A DNA stretch of 64,000 nucleotides from a virus. Positions 37,118 through 44,733 of this stretch are shown here, piece after piece; the first letter of the stretch is position 1, and every line of letters begins with the position of its first letter. The position numbers and the translations under genes were made by a program. The notes beneath the pieces were generated by a model. It was not told where the DNA came from. It saw nothing but the letters and a program-made list of their open reading frames with translations, and made no database searches. The stretch spans positions 10,453-74,452 of the IMG/VR virus record IMGVR_UViG_3300036900_000256, one strand, 5' to 3'.

Positions 37118-39088
37118 GTGACGAAGAAGCATCTGGCGAAGGCCGCGCAGGAGCGGGCGGTGGCCCAGGCCACCAGTCGCGGTTCCGTGCTGGTGCGCCC
37201 GACGATGGCGCTGGTCGGCGAGCTGGGGCTGTCGGTGGCGCTGTGGTGCGCCGCGTCGCCGGAGTCGCTGCCGTGGATGACACCCGCCCTGTCGCTGTCC
37301 ACGGCGGCGCTGACCGCGCTGGTGTGGCACACGGGCCGGGACCAGACCCCGGTCGGACGCATCCTCGGGGTGGGGTCCACCGTGCTGACCGGGGCGCACC
37401 TGGTCACCGCGACCATCCTGGGCCCGTTCACGTCGCCGCTGTGGGGGGTGTGGTGCTGGTTGGGCGGCACGACCGCGGCGGCGTGGATGTACCGGCTGTG
37501 GATCGCCCGTGACGACGCCACTGTCGAGGGCGCCAAGCGGCGCGTGTCGATGTGGGACGAGGCGGCGGAAAGGGCCGGTGGGGCGTTGGAGGGCTCCCGG
37601 TTCCGGGCGAAGGAGGCCACCGCCGACCGGATGGCCGGGCCGCTGGAGTTGGAACCGGGGCAGACGGTGAAGGACGCGCAGATGAGTCTGGCCGCGTTGG
37701 AGAGCGTGCTGGGCCTGCCGCCCGGTGGTGCCCGCCTGACCCGCGACCCGGGCCATGCCGCCCGCGGCGAGCTGACGTTGGTGCGGTCGAACGTGCTGAA
37801 GGAGGACCTCGGCTACCGGGGTCCGTCGGCGCTGGGCGGTACCCCGGCCGCGCCGTACCGGGTGGGTCGTTACGAGCACGGCCGGGACGCGGTGCTGCCG
37901 TTGCAGGTCCCCGGCCGCGGCGAGGTGCATCTGATCATCCAGGGGATGACCGGCAGCGGGAAGACCAAGGGCGCGCACCAGCTGTTCGCCGAGGAATTCA
38001 CCCGCGTCGACACGTACACGATCTACGTGGACACGGTGAAGGGCGCCCAGTCGTTGGGCCCGCTGGCGCGGGGGATCCGGTGGGCGATGCGGACCGAGGC
38101 CGAGGCGCACGCGCTGATGAAGGTGCTCAAGGCGCGGGTCATCCCGGTGCTGGCCCAATACCTCGGGTCGCGTGGGCTGGAGAACTGGGAGCCGGGCTGC
38201 GGTTATCCGCGTATCCGGATCCACGTAGAGGAGGGCGCCGGGCTGTTCCTGGGCAACGACGCGTTCATCCGGGTCATGGAGCGTGCCCGGTCGGTCGGTG
38301 TGCAGGTCACGCTGTCCGCGCAGCGGTTCTCCTACACCACTCTGCCGGTGGCGGCGCGCTCCCAGTTCGGCGCGGTGCTGGCCTTCGGGGTCGCCGAGGT
38401 CGAGGACGCGAAGTTCGCCATGCCGGACAAGGTGTTCGAGGCCGGTGCGGACCCGTCGCAGTGGGGCAACAACATGCCCGGCCTCGCCTACCTGGTCGCC
38501 CCCGGTGTGGAGGAGAACGACTATGTGGTGCCGCTGCGGGTGGAGAAGATCGCGCGTGCCGAGTTGGAGGTTCTGGCCGAGTACGCCCGCGTGCACGGTG
38601 CCGAGTTGCCGTCGTTCGTCGCGGAGGCGTTCGGCGAGTTGTACACGTCGCGGGTTCCGGTCGAGCAGATGCTCGCCGAGGGCGCGGTCGTGTTCGCGGC
38701 CGACGAGGACGAGGACTGGGACGACGAGGAGGACGAGGAGGACGAGGACATGCGGGAACCCCCGTGGCAGCCGTCGGAAGCCGACCCGGAGCCGGACGTG
38801 CAGCCGGACATCGACGACCCGATCACCGCGGTGCCGGAGATGCAGTTGGGCGACCGGCCGGTGAAGCTGCCGCCGGTGCAGGCGCGGGAGATGTTCGAGG
38901 CGCGGTTGCGCAGTCTGCAGGAGTCGGGCGCGTCGGCGGTGACGGTGAAGGATCTGACGCCGGTGGCGTTGGAGGCGGGGATGACCGCGGCGTGGTTGTA
39001 CAAGTTGCTGCGGGAGCGGGTCGACTCGGGTCATCTGGAGCGCACAGACGCGGGGTGGCGGTTCGCCCGTGCCCTCACCAACGCATGA
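37118..39088 (+). CDS. traB: TraB-type FtsK/SpoIIIE conjugative DNA translocase
   Basis: N-terminal TM helices, Walker A GMTGSGKT, Walker B IRIHVEE, SAQR, acidic linker, C-terminal winged helix (TAAWLYKLLRERVDSGHL). Confidence 0.82.
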   Translation: MTKKHLAKAAQERAVAQATSRGSVLVRPTMALVGELGLSVALWCAASPESLPWMTPALSLSTAALTALVWHTGRDQTPVGRILGVGSTVLTGAHLVTATILGPFTSPLWGVWCWLGGTTAAAWMYRLWIARDDATVEGAKRRVSMWDEAAERAGGALEGSRFRAKEATADRMAGPLELEPGQTVKDAQMSLAALESVLGLPPGGARLTRDPGHAARGELTLVRSNVLKEDLGYRGPSALGGTPAAPYRVGRYEHGRDAVLPLQVPGRGEVHLIIQGMTGSGKTKGAHQLFAEEFTRVDTYTIYVDTVKGAQSLGPLARGIRWAMRTEAEAHALMKVLKARVIPVLAQYLGSRGLENWEPGCGYPRIRIHVEEGAGLFLGNDAFIRVMERARSVGVQVTLSAQRFSYTTLPVAARSQFGAVLAFGVAEVEDAKFAMPDKVFEAGADPSQWGNNMPGLAYLVAPGVEENDYVVPLRVEKIARAELEVLAEYARVHGAELPSFVAEAFGELYTSRVPVEQMLAEGAVVFAADEDEDWDDEEDEEDEDMREPPWQPSEADPEPDVQPDIDDPITAVPEMQLGDRPVKLPPVQAREMFEARLRSLQESGASAVTVKDLTPVALEAGMTAAWLYKLLRERVDSGHLERTDAGWRFARALTNA

Positions 39089-39112
39089 TCAACTCTGAGT
39101 CGGTGGTCGGCG

Positions 39113-39333
39113 CCGTGACAACCCGCAGACCTGTCACGGGCGCCGAGACGGACACAGAGTCCCTGCTCAGGGCCGTGACACCGCCGTGACACCGCCCGTG
39201 ACAGCCGACGTGACAGCCCGTGAACGGCCGTGACACCGCCGTGAATCGGCCCGTGACAGCCGTGACAACCCCGTGAATCCCGTGACAGCCGCCCAGTCAC
39301 GGCCGTGACCAGCAGAAAGGCAACCCCGTGACC
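39113..39333 (+). repeat. clt-like array of 8-bp CCGTGACA repeats
   Basis: 8 exact and 6 variant direct copies plus 2 inverted copies, immediately 3' of traB. Confidence 0.85.
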
Positions 39334-40725
39334 ACCGCCCCCACCGCGCCCGAAGGCGGCTGGACGAGCCGACGCGCCCGCCACCGGGCGGAGCGCGCGC
39401 ACGCCATGAACCTCCACACCGACGCCCGCAAGAAGCGCGCCGCCCAGACCGCGACCGAACGCGCCGCCGGGCACGCCGAGGACCCGATGAGCTGGCCGCT
39501 GCGGATCCTCGCCACCGCGGTCGCCCTGGTCGTACTCGCCGTCGCGGTCGTGATCGGCGTCGTCGTCATCGGCGCCCAGATCGGGTTCTACGAGACCAAC
39601 CTCACCGTCAAGACCATCAGCTTCGCCGCGCTCGGCATCGACACCCCGCTCGACCTGCCGACCTTCACCCCGCTCGCGACCGAAGGCGTCGTGTGGGCGA
39701 CCACCCTGCTCGCGGTGGTGATGGTGCTGCTCAACCGGACCGCGACCCTGTGGACGCGGTCGATGTGGTTTTTCGCGTCGATCGCCGCGTTCGTGAACAC
39801 GTGGCACGCGGTATTCGAGGAAAAGGATCTGTTCGGCGGTGTGCTCCGGGGCGGGCTTTCCCTCGCGGGTCCTTTCCTGGTGCATCTGTTCATTTTGTGG
39901 TGCCGTCATCTGCGGACCGGCCGGACGCTGGCGCAGGCGCGTATCGACACGGCTGTCCGCTGGGACGGAATCCGTTCGGTCCTATTGGCGCTGGGGCTTC
40001 TGCTCGGCCGTCATGTGGCGCACCCCGTCATCGCGGCCCGCGCGTTGGGTTACCGGCTCGGCGTGGGCAACTGGTCCTACACCGACGCGTGGGCGGCCGC
40101 GTCGGTCGGTTACCGGCGTCGCGTGCAGGCCCGGCTCGACGGGGCGGACACCAACCGGCCCGGTCGCCTCCGGAGTGCGCGACCGGAGGCGACCGGCAGC
40201 GGCGACACCGACGACCGACCGACCGACCCGGCCGCCGTGGTCGAGGACCCGCCTCCGCCGGTCGGCCTGCGCCCGGCGTTCACCGACGAGGAGGCCGAGT
40301 TGCTGGTCGCCCGGCTCATGGACCCGACCTTGACGGTCGCCGCGTTCGATGACCAGCCCGAACCGGCGACCGGAACAGGCGACCGAGAGGCGACCGAGAG
40401 GCGACCGGACGCGACCGACGCAGCGACCGGACCGGCGACCGGCACGCGACCGAAGGCGACCGAACGCACGACCGACACCAGGGCGGGAGGCGACCGGTCG
40501 CGACCGGTCGGCCGCGACCGGAGGCGACCGACGACACGACCGGACACGACCGGAGTCGACGTCTCGGACCTACTCCCGGTCGCCCGCGAGGTGGCGACCG
40601 AACTGGGCGACCGGCTCAGTCGGGACGCGCTCTTGGAGGGGCTGCGGTTGCGGGGCCTGTCGGTCGGTGGTCTGCGTCGGGCCGCGATCTACAACGCCGT
40701 GAAGGACGAACGGGGAAAGGCATGA
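39328..40725 (+). CDS. Spd-like (SpdB2/DUF2637-type) multi-pass membrane spread protein
   Basis: About 4 TM helices (TPLATEG, FVNTWH), low-complexity linker, C-terminal helical domain LSRDALLEGLRLRG. Confidence 0.6.
   Translation: MTTAPTAPEGGWTSRRARHRAERAHAMNLHTDARKKRAAQTATERAAGHAEDPMSWPLRILATAVALVVLAVAVVIGVVVIGAQIGFYETNLTVKTISFAALGIDTPLDLPTFTPLATEGVVWATTLLAVVMVLLNRTATLWTRSMWFFASIAAFVNTWHAVFEEKDLFGGVLRGGLSLAGPFLVHLFILWCRHLRTGRTLAQARIDTAVRWDGIRSVLLALGLLLGRHVAHPVIAARALGYRLGVGNWSYTDAWAAASVGYRRRVQARLDGADTNRPGRLRSARPEATGSGDTDDRPTDPAAVVEDPPPPVGLRPAFTDEEAELLVARLMDPTLTVAAFDDQPEPATGTGDREATERRPDATDAATGPATGTRPKATERTTDTRAGGDRSRPVGRDRRRPTTRPDTTGVDVSDLLPVAREVATELGDRLSRDALLEGLRLRGLSVGGLRRAAIYNAVKDERGKA
40367..40553 (+). 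repeat. Second short-repeat array (CGACCG[G/A]) inside the spd-like gene
   Basis: 16 copies, mostly at 10-14 bp spacing, in mixed reading frames. Confidence 0.75.
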
Positions 40726-40756
40726 CCGGGCCGTTGAATTGACACGATCGAATGCA

Positions 40757-40791
40757 AAGGCCCCCGCTCTCTTCGCCTGAGCGGGGGCCTT
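40757..40791. terminator. Terminator between the transfer operon and the convergent early arm
   Basis: aaggcccccgctc / gagcgggggcctt stem. Confidence 0.7.
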
Positions 40792-40823
40792 CTGCGTGTC
40801 CGGCTCACAAGCTCGCCGGGAAT

Positions 40824-41327
40824 TCAGCCTCGGCTTCGTGATCCCGCGCCGGGCCGGTGCCGCTGCCACGCGTTGATCACGTCGGTGTCCCACACCGCCG
40901 CACCCGACCCGAAGTCGAACCCGATCCGTGCCGGGGCCTGTCCCCGCGCGACGTAGCCCTCGAACGTGGACCGCTGGCACCCGGCCAGTTCGGCGCACTG
41001 GTCCGCGGTGAGGGTCGGCCGCTGCCGCAGCGCGGTGTCGTCGTCGTGCACGATGCGGGCGAGCAACGCGTCATAGGCGGCACTCAGCGCCTTCCATCGG
41101 GGACCGGGATCGAGCAGCAGCAACAGGTTCATCCCGGCCATGTCCTCGTAGAACGTCTTCGTCCTCAGCGCGTCGACCATGCGCAGCGTGGGGTGTCGCC
41201 GGTGCATCTCCTCGCGGACTGCCCCGTCCGTCATGCCTCCGGCGCGGACGAAGTCGCGTAGCTGGTCGTCGGTGTGGGTGACCAGTTCGCGGGCGGTGGG
41301 GAAGTCGCTGTCGTAGTCGTCGATCAC
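40824..41327 (-). CDS. Protein with C-terminal AlpA/MerR-like HTH
   Basis: LTADQCAELAGCQRSTFEGYVARGQAP..W....INAWQRHRPG. Confidence 0.65.
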   Translation of the reverse strand: MIDDYDSDFPTARELVTHTDDQLRDFVRAGGMTDGAVREEMHRRHPTLRMVDALRTKTFYEDMAGMNLLLLLDPGPRWKALSAAYDALLARIVHDDDTALRQRPTLTADQCAELAGCQRSTFEGYVARGQAPARIGFDFGSGAAVWDTDVINAWQRHRPGAGSRSRG

Positions 41328-41338
41328 AGGGTTCCCTT

Positions 41339-41758
41339 TCAGTCGTCGCAGGCGGAGCAGGGGTCGGTGAACCTGACGTCGTGGCGGCAGCGGTCGTCCT
41401 GCTCGACGACGATGCGGGCGGGTGGGGCGAGCCGGTGGTGTTCGTCGCGTAGCGCGACCGCGATGTGCCATTTGCTCCACAGCGGGGCCATCGGGTCGGC
41501 CCATTCCAGCGGGTCGGCCTCGGCGGCGTCGACGGCGAGGCGGAGCAGTCGGGCCAGGACGGGGCGGGTCTCGTCGGCGAGTGCGGCGTCGAGTGCGTCC
41601 TGGTGGACGCCGGTTGTGGTGGTGTGGCCGTTGAGCGCGGCCCACCGGGCGGCGGTGATGGCGTGCCAGACGTCGAGGGCCTGCTGGGGGTCCTCGTTGA
41701 GCCACACGGACTCGCGCTTCTGGTTGCGGGCGGTGGGGGGTTTGCTGATCTGCGCCAT
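41339..41758 (-). CDS. Hypothetical protein (leaderless)
   Basis: TTGCTG-N17-TAAGGT promoter ends 6 nt before the ATG. Confidence 0.6.
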   Translation of the reverse strand: MAQISKPPTARNQKRESVWLNEDPQQALDVWHAITAARWAALNGHTTTTGVHQDALDAALADETRPVLARLLRLAVDAAEADPLEWADPMAPLWSKWHIAVALRDEHHRLAPPARIVVEQDDRCRHDVRFTDPCSACDD

Positions 41759-41866
41759 GCCCCAACCTTACAGGTCTGACCTGTAGTCAGCAAGGGGACG
41801 CCGGAAGCGGTGGAACATGGCGCTGCCCCTGGGCCGACGAAAGAACCCAGGGGCAGCAGTCAGTGG

Positions 41867-42121
41867 TCAGGCGGTGCTGCGAGCCCGGGTCCGCGCGTTA
41901 CGGCGCTTCAACGACCGACGCTCCTCCTCCGACGTCCCACCGAACACACCCGAGTCGATCCCCGCATCCAACGCGAACGCCAGGCAATCGCTGATGACGG
42001 GACACCGCCCGCACACGTCCTTCGCCAGGTCGATCTGCACCAGCGCGGGGCCGGTCGAACCGACCGGGTGGAACAACTCCGGATCTTCATCCCTGCACGC
42101 GGCTTCATGTCGCCAGTCCAT
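41867..42121 (-). CDS. whiB: WhiB-family transcription factor
   Basis: WRHEAAC..DPELF..AKDVCGRCPVISDCL..GVFGGTSEEER. Confidence 0.93.
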   Translation of the reverse strand: MDWRHEAACRDEDPELFHPVGSTGPALVQIDLAKDVCGRCPVISDCLAFALDAGIDSGVFGGTSEEERRSLKRRNARTRARSTA

Positions 42122-42133
42122 GGTGTTCCCTCC

Positions 42134-42679
42134 TCAGATCAGTGCGGTGAGCAGGGCCGACACGAACAGTGCGGCCACATGGGCGGTCTGGTCCAACGCA
42201 TATCGGCCGGTGCCGAGCACGTCACGGTCAAGCGGCACCATGCGCGTCTCCCCCCACTCCTCGCCGCCGCCGCCCGGTGTGCGCGCCGGGACCAGGCGGT
42301 GGGCCAGCACGGTGAACCCGCGCCGAGGGGCACCCAGGTCGTGGAACTCCTGCTTGCCGAGTCGGGCCGCTGCCCAGCGCACCGTCCACCGGCGGTCGAT
42401 GACGTAGTGGGAGACGAACATCCACACCTGCCCGGCGATCAGCCCCGCCCAGGAGACGTGCGCGCCGAGCAGACCGACGGTTGCGGCGAGGAACGGCACG
42501 GCGGTGACGACGTGCACCGCGCAGTGGCGAGCGCACGCCCACTGGCCCGGCCGGTCGTGGTCGCCCTTGTGGATGGCCTGGTGGTCGGTCTGGAACCAGT
42601 GGTCGGCCAGGCCGTGGGCGGCGAGCAGGGCGGCAAAGACGATCGCCGCGGCGAGACCGGGGTAGGGGTCGGGCATCAT
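42134..42679 (-). CDS. DUF3307-like membrane protein
   Basis: HGLADHWFQT, SHYVIDRR, LDQTAH. Confidence 0.7.
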   Translation of the reverse strand: MMPDPYPGLAAAIVFAALLAAHGLADHWFQTDHQAIHKGDHDRPGQWACARHCAVHVVTAVPFLAATVGLLGAHVSWAGLIAGQVWMFVSHYVIDRRWTVRWAAARLGKQEFHDLGAPRRGFTVLAHRLVPARTPGGGGEEWGETRMVPLDRDVLGTGRYALDQTAHVAALFVSALLTALI

Positions 42680-42764
42680 GGGTTTGCTCCGTTCGCGGGG
42701 TGTGGTGGGGCCGGGTCCGGCGGGTGGCTGTGCAGGCATGCCCGCCGGGCCAGGTCAGGTGGGG

Positions 42765-43217
42765 CTACTTCGCCTGGACGATGACCGGCGACCCCTGCGG
42801 GATCGGGATCACCTGGACCTTCCCGTCCTTGATGGCCTGGTTGATCGCCTGCTGCTGCTGGTACGCCTGGTACCCGGCGAGGCCGCCGGGGAAGTTCACC
42901 GCCGCCAGCTTGTCCACCTCGGCCGCCTGGTTCCGCAATTCGGCGGCCTGCTTGTCGGTGAGCCCCTGCACCAACGACGGTTGGATGCTCGGCTTCTGCA
43001 ACAACACCGCGTTCACGGTGATCAGGTCGACGCCCTGGGTGAGGGTCTTCAGGATCGCGAGCAGCAGCTCGCGGTCGGTGTCGCTGGTCGCGTTCGACGC
43101 GACAATGCGCGCCGCGGCCCGTTCCAGGCGGGCGAGCCGCGCCCGGTCTTTCTCGGCGGTGTACGCGGGTTTGACCAGGGTGGCGCCACCGCCGCCGAGC
43201 ACAGCGTCGGCACCCAT
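42765..43217 (-). CDS. Hypothetical protein; C-terminus resembles an SPFH tail
   Basis: VNAVLLQKPSI..QQQQAINQAIKDGKVQVIPIP. Confidence 0.4.
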   Translation of the reverse strand: MGADAVLGGGGATLVKPAYTAEKDRARLARLERAAARIVASNATSDTDRELLLAILKTLTQGVDLITVNAVLLQKPSIQPSLVQGLTDKQAAELRNQAAEVDKLAAVNFPGGLAGYQAYQQQQAINQAIKDGKVQVIPIPQGSPVIVQAK

Positions 43218-43726
43218 CACGCCACCACCTTGAGAACGGGCCACACCGGTTTGTCCAGCCGGGCACGCTGGGCAGCGGGCAGGTCGAACAACGGTTCGCC
43301 GAGCCGGTCGAGCCCGGCCGCGCGCAACCAGTAGGCGTCGCACTGGTTGTCGTCGGCGAACTCCACCCCGGCCCGCTTGTACGCGGCCAACGCCATACCG
43401 GTCTTGTCACCGCTGCCACTGCCCGTGGCGTACGCCTTCAGCGTCGCCGGGGCGATCAACACGTAGGGCACGCCGTGCTCCAGCAGCACCGCCCGCACCA
43501 CCCCGTGGACCATGCCCGTGATCCCCGCGCTCTTCGCGTGGGTGGGCAGATCCTCGATCACCGCCAGCGTCGTACCGGTTCCGGCTGCGAGAGCGACTGC
43601 TTCGGCGATGTGGAGCAGGCGCCGGTCGCCCTCGGCGGGCCGGGTCTTGACGGTGGCGGTGGACCCGTCGGCGTAGGCGATACCGGTGCCGGTCAAGGAC
43701 AGGTCGAGCCCGATGACGGTGATCAT
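43217..43726 (-). CDS. RuvC-like Holliday junction resolvase
   Basis: VIGLDLSLTGTG, VIED, LKAYATGSG..DK, DNQCDAY. Confidence 0.85.
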   Translation of the reverse strand: MITVIGLDLSLTGTGIAYADGSTATVKTRPAEGDRRLLHIAEAVALAAGTGTTLAVIEDLPTHAKSAGITGMVHGVVRAVLLEHGVPYVLIAPATLKAYATGSGSGDKTGMALAAYKRAGVEFADDNQCDAYWLRAAGLDRLGEPLFDLPAAQRARLDKPVWPVLKVVA

Positions 43727-43974
43727 GTCTGCTCCAGGAGTCCGCGGCGGTGGGCAGTAAGCACGGCCTGCGCGGTGGTGTTCGCGCCGAGCGTGGTCTT
43801 GGCGTCGGCGATGACGTGGGTGGCGGTGCCGTAGGGGATGTCGGTGTGGGTGGCGGCTTGCTGCAGGGTGTCGCCGGCGGCGAGCCTGCGGAGGAGGTCT
43901 AGCGCGCGGGGTTCGGGGCGGGGCAGCAGCGCGTAGGCCTCGATTTCGGCGATGGCCAGTCTGAGCGCGTTCAC
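43723..43974 (-). CDS. LuxR-type HTH protein
   Basis: LLRRLAAGDT..LGANTTAQAVLTAHRRGLL. Confidence 0.6.
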   Translation of the reverse strand: MNALRLAIAEIEAYALLPRPEPRALDLLRRLAAGDTLQQAATHTDIPYGTATHVIADAKTTLGANTTAQAVLTAHRRGLLEQT

Positions 43975-44417
43975 CCGGTCACCTCCGGGTTTGCCAGGCG
44001 GAGCAGGGGGTCTCCGTGGCACGCCTGGTCCAGGGCGCACCAGCAGGCGACGTCCTTGCCGACGAGGTCACCGCGCAGCAGGGCGGCCTTCAGGGCGACG
44101 TGTTTGACGATCAGGAGGTTCGACCACAGCTTCGGGTCCAACGTGTCCTGCGTGGCCCAGTCCGCGAAGCACTGTGTGGCCGTCGTCGCGGCTGCCGTTT
44201 TGGTGGGGTGGTAGGAGTGCACGGGTCCGGCGTCGGACCAGAACACCACCCACGGGTTGGTCAGGCCGCCGTCGTGCTCGACGATGAACGGGTTGCCGTA
44301 CACCGAGGGGCGGGAGACGACCACCGCGCCTTCCGGCTTCCGCCACCCTTTGACTCGGCGGAGCTGGATGCGTTGGGGGTTCGTGGCCGGGGTTGGGGTG
44401 TTCGGGTCCTCACCCAC
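43971..44417 (-). CDS. DUF4326 family protein
   Basis: KGWRKPEGAVVVSRPSVYGNPF..LVGKDVACWC...CHGD. Confidence 0.8.
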   Translation of the reverse strand: MGEDPNTPTPATNPQRIQLRRVKGWRKPEGAVVVSRPSVYGNPFIVEHDGGLTNPWVVFWSDAGPVHSYHPTKTAAATTATQCFADWATQDTLDPKLWSNLLIVKHVALKAALLRGDLVGKDVACWCALDQACHGDPLLRLANPEVTG

Positions 44418-44733
44418 GACGGGCCTCCCCGCGAGTCCACTTCGCCAACTGGAACAAGATCGGCTGACTGCGGCGGGAGAACTCCGCCTCGCCGGACTCG
44501 AACATCCCGGCCGCGCGCTCGCAGTCCTCGCGGGTTTCGTAGCCCAGGCCGTGGCAGTTGTCGACGCCGCGCAGCTCCTCCTGGAAGTCGACGACCGTGT
44601 ACAGCACGGTGTCGCGCGCTTTGAACGGCCTGGTCGCGACGACCCATCTCCGGTTGCTGCTGACGGCCTGGACGGTGTAGCTCTGGCGTTCGTCGCTGAA
44701 GGTCAGTTTGTCGCCGGGCTGGATGCGGATCAT
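44410..44733 (-). CDS. Hypothetical protein
   Basis: Coupled ORF. Confidence 0.55.
   Translation of the reverse strand: MIRIQPGDKLTFSDERQSYTVQAVSSNRRWVVATRPFKARDTVLYTVVDFQEELRGVDNCHGLGYETREDCERAAGMFESGEAEFSRRSQPILFQLAKWTRGEARRG

Noticed and set aside
38735-39088. Internal start (GAGGAG...ATG 38750) giving a stand-alone TraB winged-helix protein
   Set aside because: SD-like sequence is expected by chance in a Glu/Asp codon run; no independent support.
37040-39189. Long alternative-frame and antisense ORFs here and throughout the window
   Set aside because: Arg/Pro/Gly-rich shadow ORFs typical of high-GC DNA overlapping well-supported genes.
39113-39333. CRISPR array
   Set aside because: Repeats are 8 bp with 1-4 bp gaps in the core; no spacers and no cas genes.
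34912-40791. Independent AICE or plasmid inserted in the phage
   Set aside because: No Rep, integrase or att-like bounding repeats seen in or around the block. A decayed insertion cannot be fully excluded.
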